64,000 nt of DNA, from positions 21,152 to 85,151 of IMG/VR virus record IMGVR_UViG_3300011806_000001. One strand, given 5' to 3'. The first letter of the stretch is position 1. Each line of letters begins with the position of its first letter. Below the pieces are notes generated by a model that searched no databases, was not told where the DNA came from, and worked only from the letters and a program-made list of their open reading frames with translations. The stretch is from a virus (Duplodnaviria; Caudoviricetes). Positions 54,760 to 63,364 of the stretch are shown here, in pieces. A program made the translations under genes and the position numbers.

Positions 54760-55578
54760 TTAGGCACGATCCACCCCCGGCACTGCATCGCACTGCTGCT
54801 CGGCCGGGAAGCCCATCGCCTGCTCAACCAGCAGCAACGCGCGGGCGCGGCACTGGTTGAAGCCTTGGCGCCATGCTTGCCCCGGCGTCAGGTCATCGAT
54901 CGAGCTGCCGAGCTGTTCACTGAGCCACTCCGGGGGAACCAGCCGGTGCAGGTCGATGCCCTGCGCGGGCGGTCCTAGGAACAGGTCCGCGCCGTCCGGA
55001 ATTTTTGTTCCGTAGAAGGTTTCGGGGTAGAACCAAACCTCCGGGCTAGTGTGGCCGCCGTTCTGGCGCACCTGAGCCACCGGCACCTTCGCCCCCGGCT
55101 GGCCGGCGGCGAGGTACTGGGCGAGCGCGCACGCGAAGTCCGCAGCGAGGCGCGTGCTGATGTAGTCGGCGAAATCGTGCCGGCGCAGCTCAGTGGCGAA
55201 GAATTCGTTGACGAACCGGCGGGCGCCCTCACTGGTCCCCAGGTCTGGCGGCGCTTGTTGCCCGGTGACTTGTTGCATTCCAGTTACGGGGAGTGCAACG
55301 GTGGCAGACTGCCCGGCGAACATGCCAACCAAGCCCCTCCAGAACACGCCGAAGCGCTCGCCGTACACGTCGCGCACTTCATCGAAATCGAAGCCGATAA
55401 TGTACTCGGCGACGTGCGGTGCGACCGCGGCCGGGGAGAGCGGGAACAGTACGAAGCCGAGCGGCTCATGCTGCAGGTTGATCGCCGGCACTGCGCCGTG
55501 GGCCGGGCAGGGCGATCGCAGCGAGCCATCGCCCGACGGGCAGGTGCAGGTAGGTGCGTGGGTGTTTTCAACGTCCAT
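54760..55578 (-). CDS. Mosaic early accessory protein (272 aa)
   Basis: CTCPSGDGSL..PCPAH N-terminus; shares modules with 16294-17235. Confidence 0.75.
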   Translation of the reverse strand: MDVENTHAPTCTCPSGDGSLRSPCPAHGAVPAINLQHEPLGFVLFPLSPAAVAPHVAEYIIGFDFDEVRDVYGERFGVFWRGLVGMFAGQSATVALPVTGMQQVTGQQAPPDLGTSEGARRFVNEFFATELRRHDFADYISTRLAADFACALAQYLAAGQPGAKVPVAQVRQNGGHTSPEVWFYPETFYGTKIPDGADLFLGPPAQGIDLHRLVPPEWLSEQLGSSIDDLTPGQAWRQGFNQCRARALLLVEQAMGFPAEQQCDAVPGVDRA

Positions 55579-55888
55579 GCTGTTCTCCTTTCAGGGCGGC
55601 CGCGAGCGCGTCTACGCGGGCCTGCCAGTGGTTGATCGTTCGATCGCTGCTGCTGCGCAGCGTCTTGTGGTGGCCGAGAGCGGCCGCGGCGTGCACCAGG
55701 TCGGTAACGAGCCGGGTGCGTTCATCCGGGTGGAGCTGCTCGGCGCGTAGGTCGCGCACTTCGGTCTGCAGTTGTGCTGCCCGGGCCTCCGCGCTTCTGA
55801 GCCAGCCGCGGATCGTGTCTTTGGTGGGCTGCTTCATCCGCCGTGGCGGCCGCTCAGTCACCGCGTCGAGCACGAGGCGCTCATTCAT
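55568..55888 (-). CDS. Hypothetical coiled-coil protein
   Basis: Overlapping early chain. Confidence 0.6.
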   Translation of the reverse strand: MNERLVLDAVTERPPRRMKQPTKDTIRGWLRSAEARAAQLQTEVRDLRAEQLHPDERTRLVTDLVHAAAALGHHKTLRSSSDRTINHWQARVDALAAALKGEQHGR

Positions 55889-56508
55889 GCCGGCGCCGCC
55901 TGCAGCGCGCGCAGTGCAGCGTCCAGCACCGCGCGCGGGTCATCCTCGCTGACCTCGGCGACGGTGCGCCGCTCAGGTGCCGCGCAGTGGAAGTCGGTGA
56001 CGCGCCAGCCGATGTCGGCGTCGTCGCCGCCGGCCACCGGCAGAGCCAGGGGTTCCAGCGCCCAGCAGTGCTGCTGAAGCGCGCTGAGCCGCGCGCTGTC
56101 CTGGCGGAGGGCCAGCTGCTCCGCACGCCGAGCGGCCAGGTCGCCGGAGCCCTGTACGCCGCCTTCCAGCACTACCGCAAGGAAAGCCGGGTCCAGCTTC
56201 CAGCCGGCCTCGCTCGCACCGAGCAGCCGCAGCTCGTTGGCGTCGAACTCGTCCAGGCCCAGCCAGCCGATCGCGGCTTCAACGTGCTGCGGTGACAGAG
56301 GGCGGCCGTCGTGGAAGATGTCGTAGACCGTCTGGCGTTTACAGTGCCAGGGCACCATGAGGTCCTGCATGCGGCAGTGTTCTTCCCGGATGTGCCGACG
56401 CAGGACCGCGCGGACGGTCGATACCCCCAGCGGAACGCGCACAGAGCGCCCGCCGGCGCCGCGCGCGTTGTTCGGACCCTGCCGCGGCATGGGATTGATG
56501 GCAGGCAT
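55885..56508 (-). CDS. Hypothetical protein with possible HTH
   Basis: Early chain downstream of RdgC. Confidence 0.55.
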   Translation of the reverse strand: MPAINPMPRQGPNNARGAGGRSVRVPLGVSTVRAVLRRHIREEHCRMQDLMVPWHCKRQTVYDIFHDGRPLSPQHVEAAIGWLGLDEFDANELRLLGASEAGWKLDPAFLAVVLEGGVQGSGDLAARRAEQLALRQDSARLSALQQHCWALEPLALPVAGGDDADIGWRVTDFHCAAPERRTVAEVSEDDPRAVLDAALRALQAAPA

Positions 56509-56510
56509 GC

Positions 56511-57413
56511 TCAGGCCACCTTCGAGAATTTGAAGGTGTCGGCCAGCAGGTCATACAGCTGCCCCAGCTCGCCCGACTGCAAGGCGAAGCGCGCTTCCAG
56601 TTCGGCCCGGCGGCCGTCATCGTCGGTGTCTTCCAACTGGTCCAGCGCGCCATCCAGAAAGCGCAGCTTCCGCACGACCAAGTCGTCGCCGAGGACGAAG
56701 GACAGGTGGTCATTGAGCACCAGCGCCAGCCGGGTAACCAGCTTTCCCGACTGCAGGTGCAGATCGACCTCTTCGCAGCGCAGTTCCTGATGCTGGCACT
56801 TCACGATTGCGCCGCCCTCGGCCACGTCGCGCAGCTCGCACTCTTCGCCCAGGCTCAGCCCCTCCGGCAGCTCTTCACCGGCAATCCAACCGGTGAGGAT
56901 CGCCATGGGGGATACCTCGGGGTTCACGTGGAGGGCAGGGAAGCTGCCGACCGCGCTGCGCAGCTGGCTGATCATGTTCTCGCCCGTCCTGCGGCTGCTG
57001 GTGTCGACGAAAACGATGCCGCGCTGGTGATCGAGGATCAGGTCGGTGCGAGAGGTGCGGACAAAGGCGCGGGGCAGCAGCTCATGGAACAGGTCGTCCT
57101 TGAGGCGTTTGCGCTCACGTCCACCGGGCTTGCGTCCTTCCTTCTCTTCGATTTCCTCCAGCTTGTGCGCCAGCAAGTTGCTGACCACCGCGCCGGGCAG
57201 AATCTTCTCTTCCGCGCCTACAGCCAGCCACATGGCATTGTCGATGCTGTGCGACAGCAGGTCCTTCTCTTCGCGGCCGAAGGGGGAAATGAAGCCGGCC
57301 GACACCATTTCCAGCGGGCCAACCGGCTTCAACGCGGCATGCTTGAGGCCATCCTGCCAATCGAACATCGGCAGCTGGGGATAGCTGAACATCATCAAGT
57401 TGCGGAAGAACAT
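56511..57413 (-). CDS. rdgC: Recombination-associated protein RdgC
   Basis: MFFRNL, EEKILPGAVV, LLPRAF, GSFPAL, GEECELR, GKLVTRLAL, LSFVLGDDL..RKLRF. Confidence 0.93.
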   Translation of the reverse strand: MFFRNLMMFSYPQLPMFDWQDGLKHAALKPVGPLEMVSAGFISPFGREEKDLLSHSIDNAMWLAVGAEEKILPGAVVSNLLAHKLEEIEEKEGRKPGGRERKRLKDDLFHELLPRAFVRTSRTDLILDHQRGIVFVDTSSRRTGENMISQLRSAVGSFPALHVNPEVSPMAILTGWIAGEELPEGLSLGEECELRDVAEGGAIVKCQHQELRCEEVDLHLQSGKLVTRLALVLNDHLSFVLGDDLVVRKLRFLDGALDQLEDTDDDGRRAELEARFALQSGELGQLYDLLADTFKFSKVA

Positions 57414-57416
57414 GGC

Positions 57417-57668
57417 TCAGGGCTCTCGGATGACGCTGAAAATCAGCGGGTGGTCGACATGCAGATGGGACAGGCGAGGCTTGGCCCCGCGCTTCCACGC
57501 AGACTGGAAGCACTCGCCCAGCTGGATGCGCAGGCCGCGCATCGCGCCTGGGTGCGCCAGAACGGCGCGGTAGTAGCGTTCAAGGCGCTGGTCGGGGGTG
57601 ATCTGGGCGGTACCGGGTAACAGCACTGCGTCGAGGCCGCGGCCCAAGAGGTGGAGGTTCCGGCTCAT
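57417..57668 (-). CDS. Hypothetical protein
   Basis: ATGA coupling. Confidence 0.55.
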   Translation of the reverse strand: MSRNLHLLGRGLDAVLLPGTAQITPDQRLERYYRAVLAHPGAMRGLRIQLGECFQSAWKRGAKPRLSHLHVDHPLIFSVIREP

Positions 57669-57838
57669 CCGCGCACCAGCCGTTCGCGGCGCGGCACGAC
57701 CTTCTCGGATTCCTCAACCAGCGCGCGGGCAACGTCCGCCGGCGCATGCCACATCCTGTATGGGTGATATGTCGGCTTCTTCGCGCGCTGCATGGCGGCG
57801 ACCTGATCGGGGGTAGGTACTGGCACAGGACGGCTCAT
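57665..57838 (-). CDS. Hypothetical protein
   Basis: ATGA coupling on both sides. Confidence 0.5.
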   Translation of the reverse strand: MSRPVPVPTPDQVAAMQRAKKPTYHPYRMWHAPADVARALVEESEKVVPRRERLVRG

Positions 57839-58065
57839 GGCGTTGCCCTGTTGTGGACGATCCACAGGAGGTCGGAGAACTCCCGCGGCGGGTTCGGCAT
57901 GGCACGCACCGCGGCGTGCGCTGCGTCAATCACTTGGTCGAACGAGCGGCCGCAGGCGCTTCGCTCGCTTGTCGAATCCCGTAACAGGCTGAGCAGGTGC
58001 GCCTTTCCGCTGGCACCAAGGCTCTTGACCAGTTCCTCAAGGTCGATGTCGACCTCGACGTTCAT
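57835..58065 (-). CDS. Hypothetical protein
   Basis: Coupled chain. Confidence 0.55.
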   Translation of the reverse strand: MNVEVDIDLEELVKSLGASGKAHLLSLLRDSTSERSACGRSFDQVIDAAHAAVRAMPNPPREFSDLLWIVHNRATP

Positions 58066-58067
58066 GC

Positions 58068-58406
58068 TTACCTGGTGCACGCGTCACCTCCGACGTGCTG
58101 CACGAAGCGGTAACCGATGCCCCGGACAGTCTTGATCGTGCTCACCACGCCTGCCGCAGCCAGCTTGTCGCGGGCGCGGGAAATCAGGACCTCGACCACG
58201 TTGGATGCGGGTTCGCTGCTGCGTCCGGCATAGAGGGCGGTGTGCAGGGCTTCGCGGGTCACCACGCCGCCAGCCGTGTTCACCAGCATGCCCACCAGCA
58301 CCAGTTCGCCGGCTGTGAGGGGGATCAGCTTTCCGTCGACGATCAGCGCACGCCCATCCGGCTTCACCGTCAGCCCGGGGTCGGTGGAAACGGTGGCCTC
58401 GGTCAT
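58068..58406 (-). CDS. Stand-alone OmpR/PhoB-type winged-helix DNA-binding domain
   Basis: IPLTAGELVLVGMLV...GVVTREAL...SNVVEVLISRARDKL...IKTVRGIGYRF; no receiver domain. Confidence 0.85.
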   Translation of the reverse strand: MTEATVSTDPGLTVKPDGRALIVDGKLIPLTAGELVLVGMLVNTAGGVVTREALHTALYAGRSSEPASNVVEVLISRARDKLAAAGVVSTIKTVRGIGYRFVQHVGGDACTR

Positions 58407-58879
58407 GGGCGCACCTCGACGAAGGCCAGGCCATAGATGACGCACTGCGCCCGGGACGCCACGGGGGAGGTGGCTTCCGCCGACAGGGGGACGACGGTAT
58501 TGGCCCGGGCACAGGCGTCGGGGGAAACGGCGTAGGAGCCGCTGGACACTGCATCCACCGCGTCCAGGGCGAGCTGCCACCGGGCGGGTTCGAAGTCTGT
58601 CGTGAGGGCGACGCCGACGCCGGCGGCGCAGTCCGGTACGCGCCCTTCCAATGTGAAGCCGTTGAGGGTGGCCTGGGCAACCGTGGCGCGCAGGCCCCAG
58701 TCGTTCGCCTGGGCGAGTTCGTACACCGCGAGAGCGGCGCAGATTCGCGGGCTGGTGACGACGAGGTTGGTGGGGCGATGCGGGGCAGCCCCAACCTGCA
58801 CCGAGGCTTCCTGTCCAAGGTTCGGGGCGGAGGCCAGGAGCAGCACTGCTGCGAGGCCGAGGAACTTCGGGAAGAACAT
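58403..58879 (-). CDS. Exported protein resembling a degenerate SleB-type cell-wall hydrolase
   Basis: Signal peptide; CAALAVYE...ATVAQATLN and WQLA..AV..V..G echo the Hydrolase_2 pattern; four Cys. Confidence 0.55.
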   Translation of the reverse strand: MFFPKFLGLAAVLLLASAPNLGQEASVQVGAAPHRPTNLVVTSPRICAALAVYELAQANDWGLRATVAQATLNGFTLEGRVPDCAAGVGVALTTDFEPARWQLALDAVDAVSSGSYAVSPDACARANTVVPLSAEATSPVASRAQCVIYGLAFVEVRP

Positions 58880-58943
58880 GATTTGCCCTCCTGGATGCGC
58901 CGGCCTTCGTTGGAGGCCGCTACGCTCTTGGCGAGGCGAATAA

Positions 58944-58989
58944 AAGCACGCTTACATTAAGAATGCAAGCACGCTTATACAGCGTGCTT
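58944..58989. promoter_or_regulatory. P3 left operators (three sites)
   Basis: AAGC-NN-GCTT at 58944, 58967 and 58980. Confidence 0.75.
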
Positions 58990-59082
58990 CTATCCTTAAC
59001 GAACAGGCTGAATGACTGTGGCGATCAAGCCATGAGGATTTCCAAGGCCAGACACCGGCACAGGGATAGGAAGGAGCGAGAG

Positions 59083-59436
59083 ATGGAACCGGCAATCGGC
59101 TTTATGTTGTTCTTGGCGGGAACGGTGTTGGTCACCGTCATTGCTGCAGTTCGCAAGCTACCTTGGGTGCTCTTCCTGATCGGTTGCCCGATCATTGGAT
59201 TCGTTGCAGCTATCCTGGTGGCGCTGGCGTCGGGGGGGAACGGCGTGGCCATGGCCCTGGCAGGATTCGCTTCCCTTGCCGCAATGCTGGTCACGGCGCT
59301 GGCGATGAAGAGCCGCGCGCAGAAGCTGGCCGACGGTGATGCCGTCGTGGGATACAAGAAGTGTCCGTCCTGTGCGGAGCAGGTGCGCGCTGAAGCAGTG
59401 AAGTGCCGGTACTGCGCGGCCGACTTGCCGGCATAG
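59083..59436 (+). CDS. 3-TM membrane protein with C-terminal zinc ribbon (immunity-region moron)
   Basis: Hydrophobic helices then KKCPSCAEQV...VKCRYC; RBS AAGGAG. Confidence 0.75.
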   Translation: MEPAIGFMLFLAGTVLVTVIAAVRKLPWVLFLIGCPIIGFVAAILVALASGGNGVAMALAGFASLAAMLVTALAMKSRAQKLADGDAVVGYKKCPSCAEQVRAEAVKCRYCAADLPA

Positions 59437-59496
59437 GCATCGCCGGCATTGCGCCGGCGAGCTTTTCCCGTCCTTTGGACGAACGGGTAGGAAGAG

Positions 59497-60204
59497 CTAG
59501 ACCTCTTCTGCGCTGCGCATCAGCGCCAGGCCCAGGACACGCCCGCCGATGTGTAACTGATCGGCCTCGTTCGGTGGCACAACCTCGCTCAAATACCGCT
59601 TATTCGTGCTGATTACGTGTAGCCCATCACGCAGCACCTGCAGGCGCTTGACGTAGGTCTGGCCGTGCAAATTGATCAGGTAGAGGCCGTCGCCGTCGAA
59701 GTAAGGGCGTGCGGTGTCCACGAACAGCAGGTCACCGTTCTTGATGTCCGGATACATCGAGTCGCCGCGCACAGTGACCAGGCGCACGCGATCGCCTTCC
59801 GGCACGAAGCCGATCTGCTGCCGCAATTGCCACTCGGCAACATCAATCTCACGCACTACTTCAGGAAAGTCCTGATTCACCGCCCCATACCCTCCTGACG
59901 CTTCGCCTTCCATAACTCTGAGGCGAACGTACCCGGTGGGCGTCTCACTGGACGATCCAGTCGCGACTGATGAACCGCCATCGCGCTCAGGTGCAGTACC
60001 GTCGATCAACCACTCGATGCGGAAAGGTCGATACACACGCGCCAACTTGACGGCGGTTTCGCCGCTGAGAGACTTCGTGCGCCCGTCCTCGAGCTGGTAC
60101 AGCGCGGATGGAGTGATGCCTGCTCGGCGCGCGGCTTCGGCAGGCTCTTCGAAGCCAGACGCGGTGCGCGCGTGCTTCAGGCGGGAGGCAAGGGTGGTTG
60201 GCAT
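59497..60204 (-). CDS. cI: CI repressor (XRE HTH + S24 peptidase)
   Basis: LYQLEDG HTH; VRGDSMYPDI..GDLLFVD and TYVKRL catalytic Ser/Lys. Confidence 0.93.
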   Translation of the reverse strand: MPTTLASRLKHARTASGFEEPAEAARRAGITPSALYQLEDGRTKSLSGETAVKLARVYRPFRIEWLIDGTAPERDGGSSVATGSSSETPTGYVRLRVMEGEASGGYGAVNQDFPEVVREIDVAEWQLRQQIGFVPEGDRVRLVTVRGDSMYPDIKNGDLLFVDTARPYFDGDGLYLINLHGQTYVKRLQVLRDGLHVISTNKRYLSEVVPPNEADQLHIGGRVLGLALMRSAEEV

Positions 60205-60209
60205 AGTGT

Positions 60210-60272
60210 TAGCGAGCTTATTTGGTCGGCGTAGAAGCGTGCTTGCACGTATCGAGTTAGCGCGCTTATACT
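60210..60272. promoter_or_regulatory. P3 right operators (three sites) and pR
   Basis: (A/T)AGC-NN-GCTT at 60210, 60235 and 60258; TTGCAC-18 nt-TATACT. Confidence 0.8.
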
Positions 60273-60278
60273 GGGGCC

Positions 60279-60515
60279 ATGAACATGCCCCGTATCAGCA
60301 AAGCCGAAGCCATTGCCGCCTACGGCGGTAACGGTGCAGCCCTCGCCCGTGCACTGGGGATCACCCCGTCCGCGGTTTATCAATGGCCGGACGGGCCGAT
60401 CGTAGACGAATGGGCGCTGAAACTGCGCTTCGTCCTCAAACCCGACTACTTCGCCAAGCGCGCGGCCGACTCAGACCCTGACGCCGACCGGATTGTCCCG
60501 GTCGAGACCTGCTGA
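60279..60515 (+). CDS. cro: Cro-like protein
   Basis: KAEAIAAYG...ALARALGITPSAVYQW. Confidence 0.88.
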   Translation: MNMPRISKAEAIAAYGGNGAALARALGITPSAVYQWPDGPIVDEWALKLRFVLKPDYFAKRAADSDPDADRIVPVETC

Positions 60516-60669
60516 TGAGGCCGCTGCTCGCGCGGCCATCCCGCGCCGGCCACACGGCCAGCGCGCGGCGCCGCCGGGGCAGCGCCACTGCCTTTAGTTC
60601 CTCTGACATCCCAGTCACCTGTCTTCCTATCCATGGCCGACAGCTTGCATCGCCTCCCGAGGTGCGTAA

Positions 60670-61275
60670 ATGAAGCCGGAACCTCAGTTCCAAGAACCGC
60701 GGTCGTCGGTGGTGTATCGGAACACCACCGAGAGCATCCGAAACAGCCATCACACCGATGCCAGCTTCGCCCAAGCGGTGGCAGATCAGTACATGGCCAC
60801 CGTTGCCCCGAATGAGCGCGTTATCGCGTTCCACGCGGGCACCTGCGCCGACTCCATCGAGAAGGCCCAGAAGGCGAACGCGCAGCTGATCGCGCGGTTC
60901 CGCGCCGGCACGGTGAAACTGCCTGTCGACCTGGAGGAAGCATGGATTCAGGCGCTGCCGCAGCCGTGGAGCGACGACTGCGCCCGTGAGCTGGCCCAGC
61001 GGTATGGGTTCCTAGGCGCACGTGCGCCGCAGATGGAAGCGCAGGCCGGTGTGCTCGGCGTGGCACGGATGTCCGTCGAATTCGGGCATACCCTCCAAGC
61101 GCTGTCCAACGTCCTCGAGGATGGGAAGGTTTGTCCGCAAGACATCCCGGAGTTGCGCAAGGCGAGGCGGGAACTGGCCGATCTTCTGGCCGAGGTGCAG
61201 ACCATGGCCTGCTACGTCGATGGCCACCTGCAGCAGATGCAGCCGATGCGGGTCGTCTCCGGGAGCGCACGATGA
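60670..61275 (+). CDS. CII-like/hypothetical regulator
   Basis: Position after cro; LEDGKVCPQD motif as in phage CII-family proteins. Confidence 0.55.
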   Translation: MKPEPQFQEPRSSVVYRNTTESIRNSHHTDASFAQAVADQYMATVAPNERVIAFHAGTCADSIEKAQKANAQLIARFRAGTVKLPVDLEEAWIQALPQPWSDDCARELAQRYGFLGARAPQMEAQAGVLGVARMSVEFGHTLQALSNVLEDGKVCPQDIPELRKARRELADLLAEVQTMACYVDGHLQQMQPMRVVSGSAR

Positions 61276-61601
61276 GCGCGCACGCGATCGAGCAGACGGT
61301 TCAGGTCATGCGCGCGCTGGAGCGAGACGGAATCGCACTGAGCGAGGCTCGCAACGTGCTGCAGGTTCTGCCCTACGCCGATGTGGTGATCTGGGCGAGG
61401 TCGCACGCCGGGCCGATCACCGTCGAAGCGCTTCGCAAACGCTTTCCGGTGTCCAAGGCGACCGGTTACCGCTGGTATCGAATGCTGGTGGCCGAGCAAC
61501 AGGAAGCTGCACCCAGGCTGGGCGATCGCCCGCTGCAGTTCGATTCGCCGGCCGTTGGCCGTGCGAGGGCAGGGGACGTGGCGGGAGGCGTTGAGCAGTG
61601 A
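61272..61601 (+). CDS. Small HTH protein
   Basis: TVEALRKRFPVSKATGYRW. Confidence 0.65.
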   Translation: MSAHAIEQTVQVMRALERDGIALSEARNVLQVLPYADVVIWARSHAGPITVEALRKRFPVSKATGYRWYRMLVAEQQEAAPRLGDRPLQFDSPAVGRARAGDVAGGVEQ

Positions 61602-61912
61602 GTCTGATGTCTTCCTTGGGGACGCGCCTCACCGATGCGCGCCCTGCGTCGTTCAGTGAGAGCGACGTGCTCGGTGTTGCCGCGGCACCACCGCGTGCAC
61701 ACCGCCCACAGCATGCGCTGGTCGGGTACACGCAGACGCGGATCGTGATGATCTTCACCCGGTGGGCGGTGGAGCTGGATCAGTTCCCGTCCGTTGAACA
61801 GATCATCAGCCGCTTCCGGGTGAGCCGTGCTACGGCCTTTCGCTGGCGCAGCGCGCTCGCCGAGACGTATGGGCTCGACCTGGCGGCAATGTCGAATGGG
61901 CCGCCTGCATGA
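61598..61912 (+). CDS. Small HTH protein, paralog of the previous gene
   Basis: SVEQIISRFRVSRATAFRW. Confidence 0.65.
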   Translation: MSLMSSLGTRLTDARPASFSESDVLGVAAAPPRAHRPQHALVGYTQTRIVMIFTRWAVELDQFPSVEQIISRFRVSRATAFRWRSALAETYGLDLAAMSNGPPA

Positions 61913-62772
61913 GCGTTGAGGCCATCACCTGGGCGCTCAAGCAGCCCATCAAGCAGTCATCCACGAAGTTTGTGCTGGTGGTGTTGGCCAACTGTGCCAG
62001 CGGTGACACTTGGCAGGCATACCCGTCGGCCGGCTACCTCGCAGACGCGACCGGGCAGGACCGCAAGACAGTGCTGACGAACCTTGCCCGTCTGCGCGAA
62101 TGCGGACTGATCGAGGACACCGGCAAGCGCATGGGCGACACGAAGCAGGTCATCGTGTATCGCCTTCGAGGGCCGGATTTGATTCAAGCAGTACCGCAAA
62201 CGGGACAGTTCCAAAACCGGGACAGTTCCGAAAACGGAACAGTTCCGAAAACGGCGGGAAACAGTACCGTTTTTCCCGGGAAACAGTCCCGTTTTTCCGC
62301 GAAACAGTCCCAAAAACGGGACACGGAACCGTCAGAAACTAAAGGGAACCGTAAGGAACCGTCATCTGCGCACGAGCGCAGCGACGACGAAGCCGGGCGG
62401 CTGAGTCATGCCGAGGTCGAGCAGACGCTCGTCGGCTACCAGCCGATTCCCGCCGGCCTCGACCGTGAGGTGCTGGCCAGGTTCATTCGGCACCGCCGCG
62501 CCATTCGCAAGCCCGTGTCGATATCGGCATGGCTGGAGCTGCTGCCGCGGTTCAAGCAGCTGGCCAGCGAGCGCCACGACCTCAACGAATCCCTGCGCCA
62601 GACGATGGCGGCCGGGCTCGCGCTACCCGTTACACCCACCACCCAGGGGGAATCCAACCATGCAGTCGATCACCACCTCTCTCCCGGCGAAAAGGTCCGA
62701 GCTTCGATCGCAAGGCGCCGCGATGCACGCGCCGCCGGCGGATCAGGGCCCCTGTTCGATGGAGCTGATTGA
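61909..62772 (+). CDS. Replication initiator (O-like)
   Basis: MSVEAITWA...KFVLVVLANCA...AYPS..YLA..TG HTH; internal iterons. Confidence 0.85.
   Translation: MSVEAITWALKQPIKQSSTKFVLVVLANCASGDTWQAYPSAGYLADATGQDRKTVLTNLARLRECGLIEDTGKRMGDTKQVIVYRLRGPDLIQAVPQTGQFQNRDSSENGTVPKTAGNSTVFPGKQSRFSAKQSQKRDTEPSETKGNRKEPSSAHERSDDEAGRLSHAEVEQTLVGYQPIPAGLDREVLARFIRHRRAIRKPVSISAWLELLPRFKQLASERHDLNESLRQTMAAGLALPVTPTTQGESNHAVDHHLSPGEKVRASIARRRDARAAGGSGPLFDGAD
62188..62320 (+). repeat. Iterons, P3 origin
   Basis: Seven ACAGTHCC-core repeats, the first four at 17-bp spacing. Confidence 0.8.
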
Positions 62773-63364
62773 AGGCCTGTGGGTGGCGCTGGCCGACGTG
62801 TACGGCGGGCGCTTCACGCGCGACTTCGGTGTTGACCCATCGAAGGGCGCCGGCACAACCTGGGCTCGCGGCCTCGCCGGGTTGAACCAGGAGCAGATCG
62901 TTGCCGGCATCGAGGCATGCGTTGCTGGTGCTGATGGCTGGCCGCCGTCGCTGCCGACGTTCCGCGCGCGCTGCCTGGGCATCCCGTCACTGGCACAGGT
63001 AAAGCTCGAGCTGCGGTTGAACGGCGAGCGTAGCGGATTCACCGTGCTGGTCTGGCGGTACATCGACACCCACCGCCTGGAGACGAGTAGCGCCGAGCAG
63101 GGTGACCACCTGCTGCGCGAAACCTACGAGTTCGTGCGTCAGGGCGTGATGGCTGGCCAGCTGACCGTGCCGCCGCCTGCGTTGAGGCTGGCGGCCGAGA
63201 AGACCGACCCGCTGCCGCCGAAGGAAAAGCTGGCGAAGGCGGAGACCGTCGCCGAAGCCGCCAGCGCAATCGACGCAATGTTCGGTCGCCACCGTCCTGC
63301 CGCGTCCGATACCGACAGCAGGCCGGCCACCGGCAAGATGGCCGCCGCAGGGAGCGACGCATGA
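62759..63364 (+). CDS. Replication protein (lambda P-like)
   Basis: Follows O; LWVAL..VYG.RF...FG, W...LAGL..EQI..G, WPPSLPTFR..C. Confidence 0.7.
   Translation: MELIEGLWVALADVYGGRFTRDFGVDPSKGAGTTWARGLAGLNQEQIVAGIEACVAGADGWPPSLPTFRARCLGIPSLAQVKLELRLNGERSGFTVLVWRYIDTHRLETSSAEQGDHLLRETYEFVRQGVMAGQLTVPPPALRLAAEKTDPLPPKEKLAKAETVAEAASAIDAMFGRHRPAASDTDSRPATGKMAAAGSDA

Noticed and set aside
54345-54827. 160-aa minus-strand ORF upstream of the small HTH gene
   Set aside because: Antisense to the better-supported 54495-54746 gene and spans promoter-like DNA
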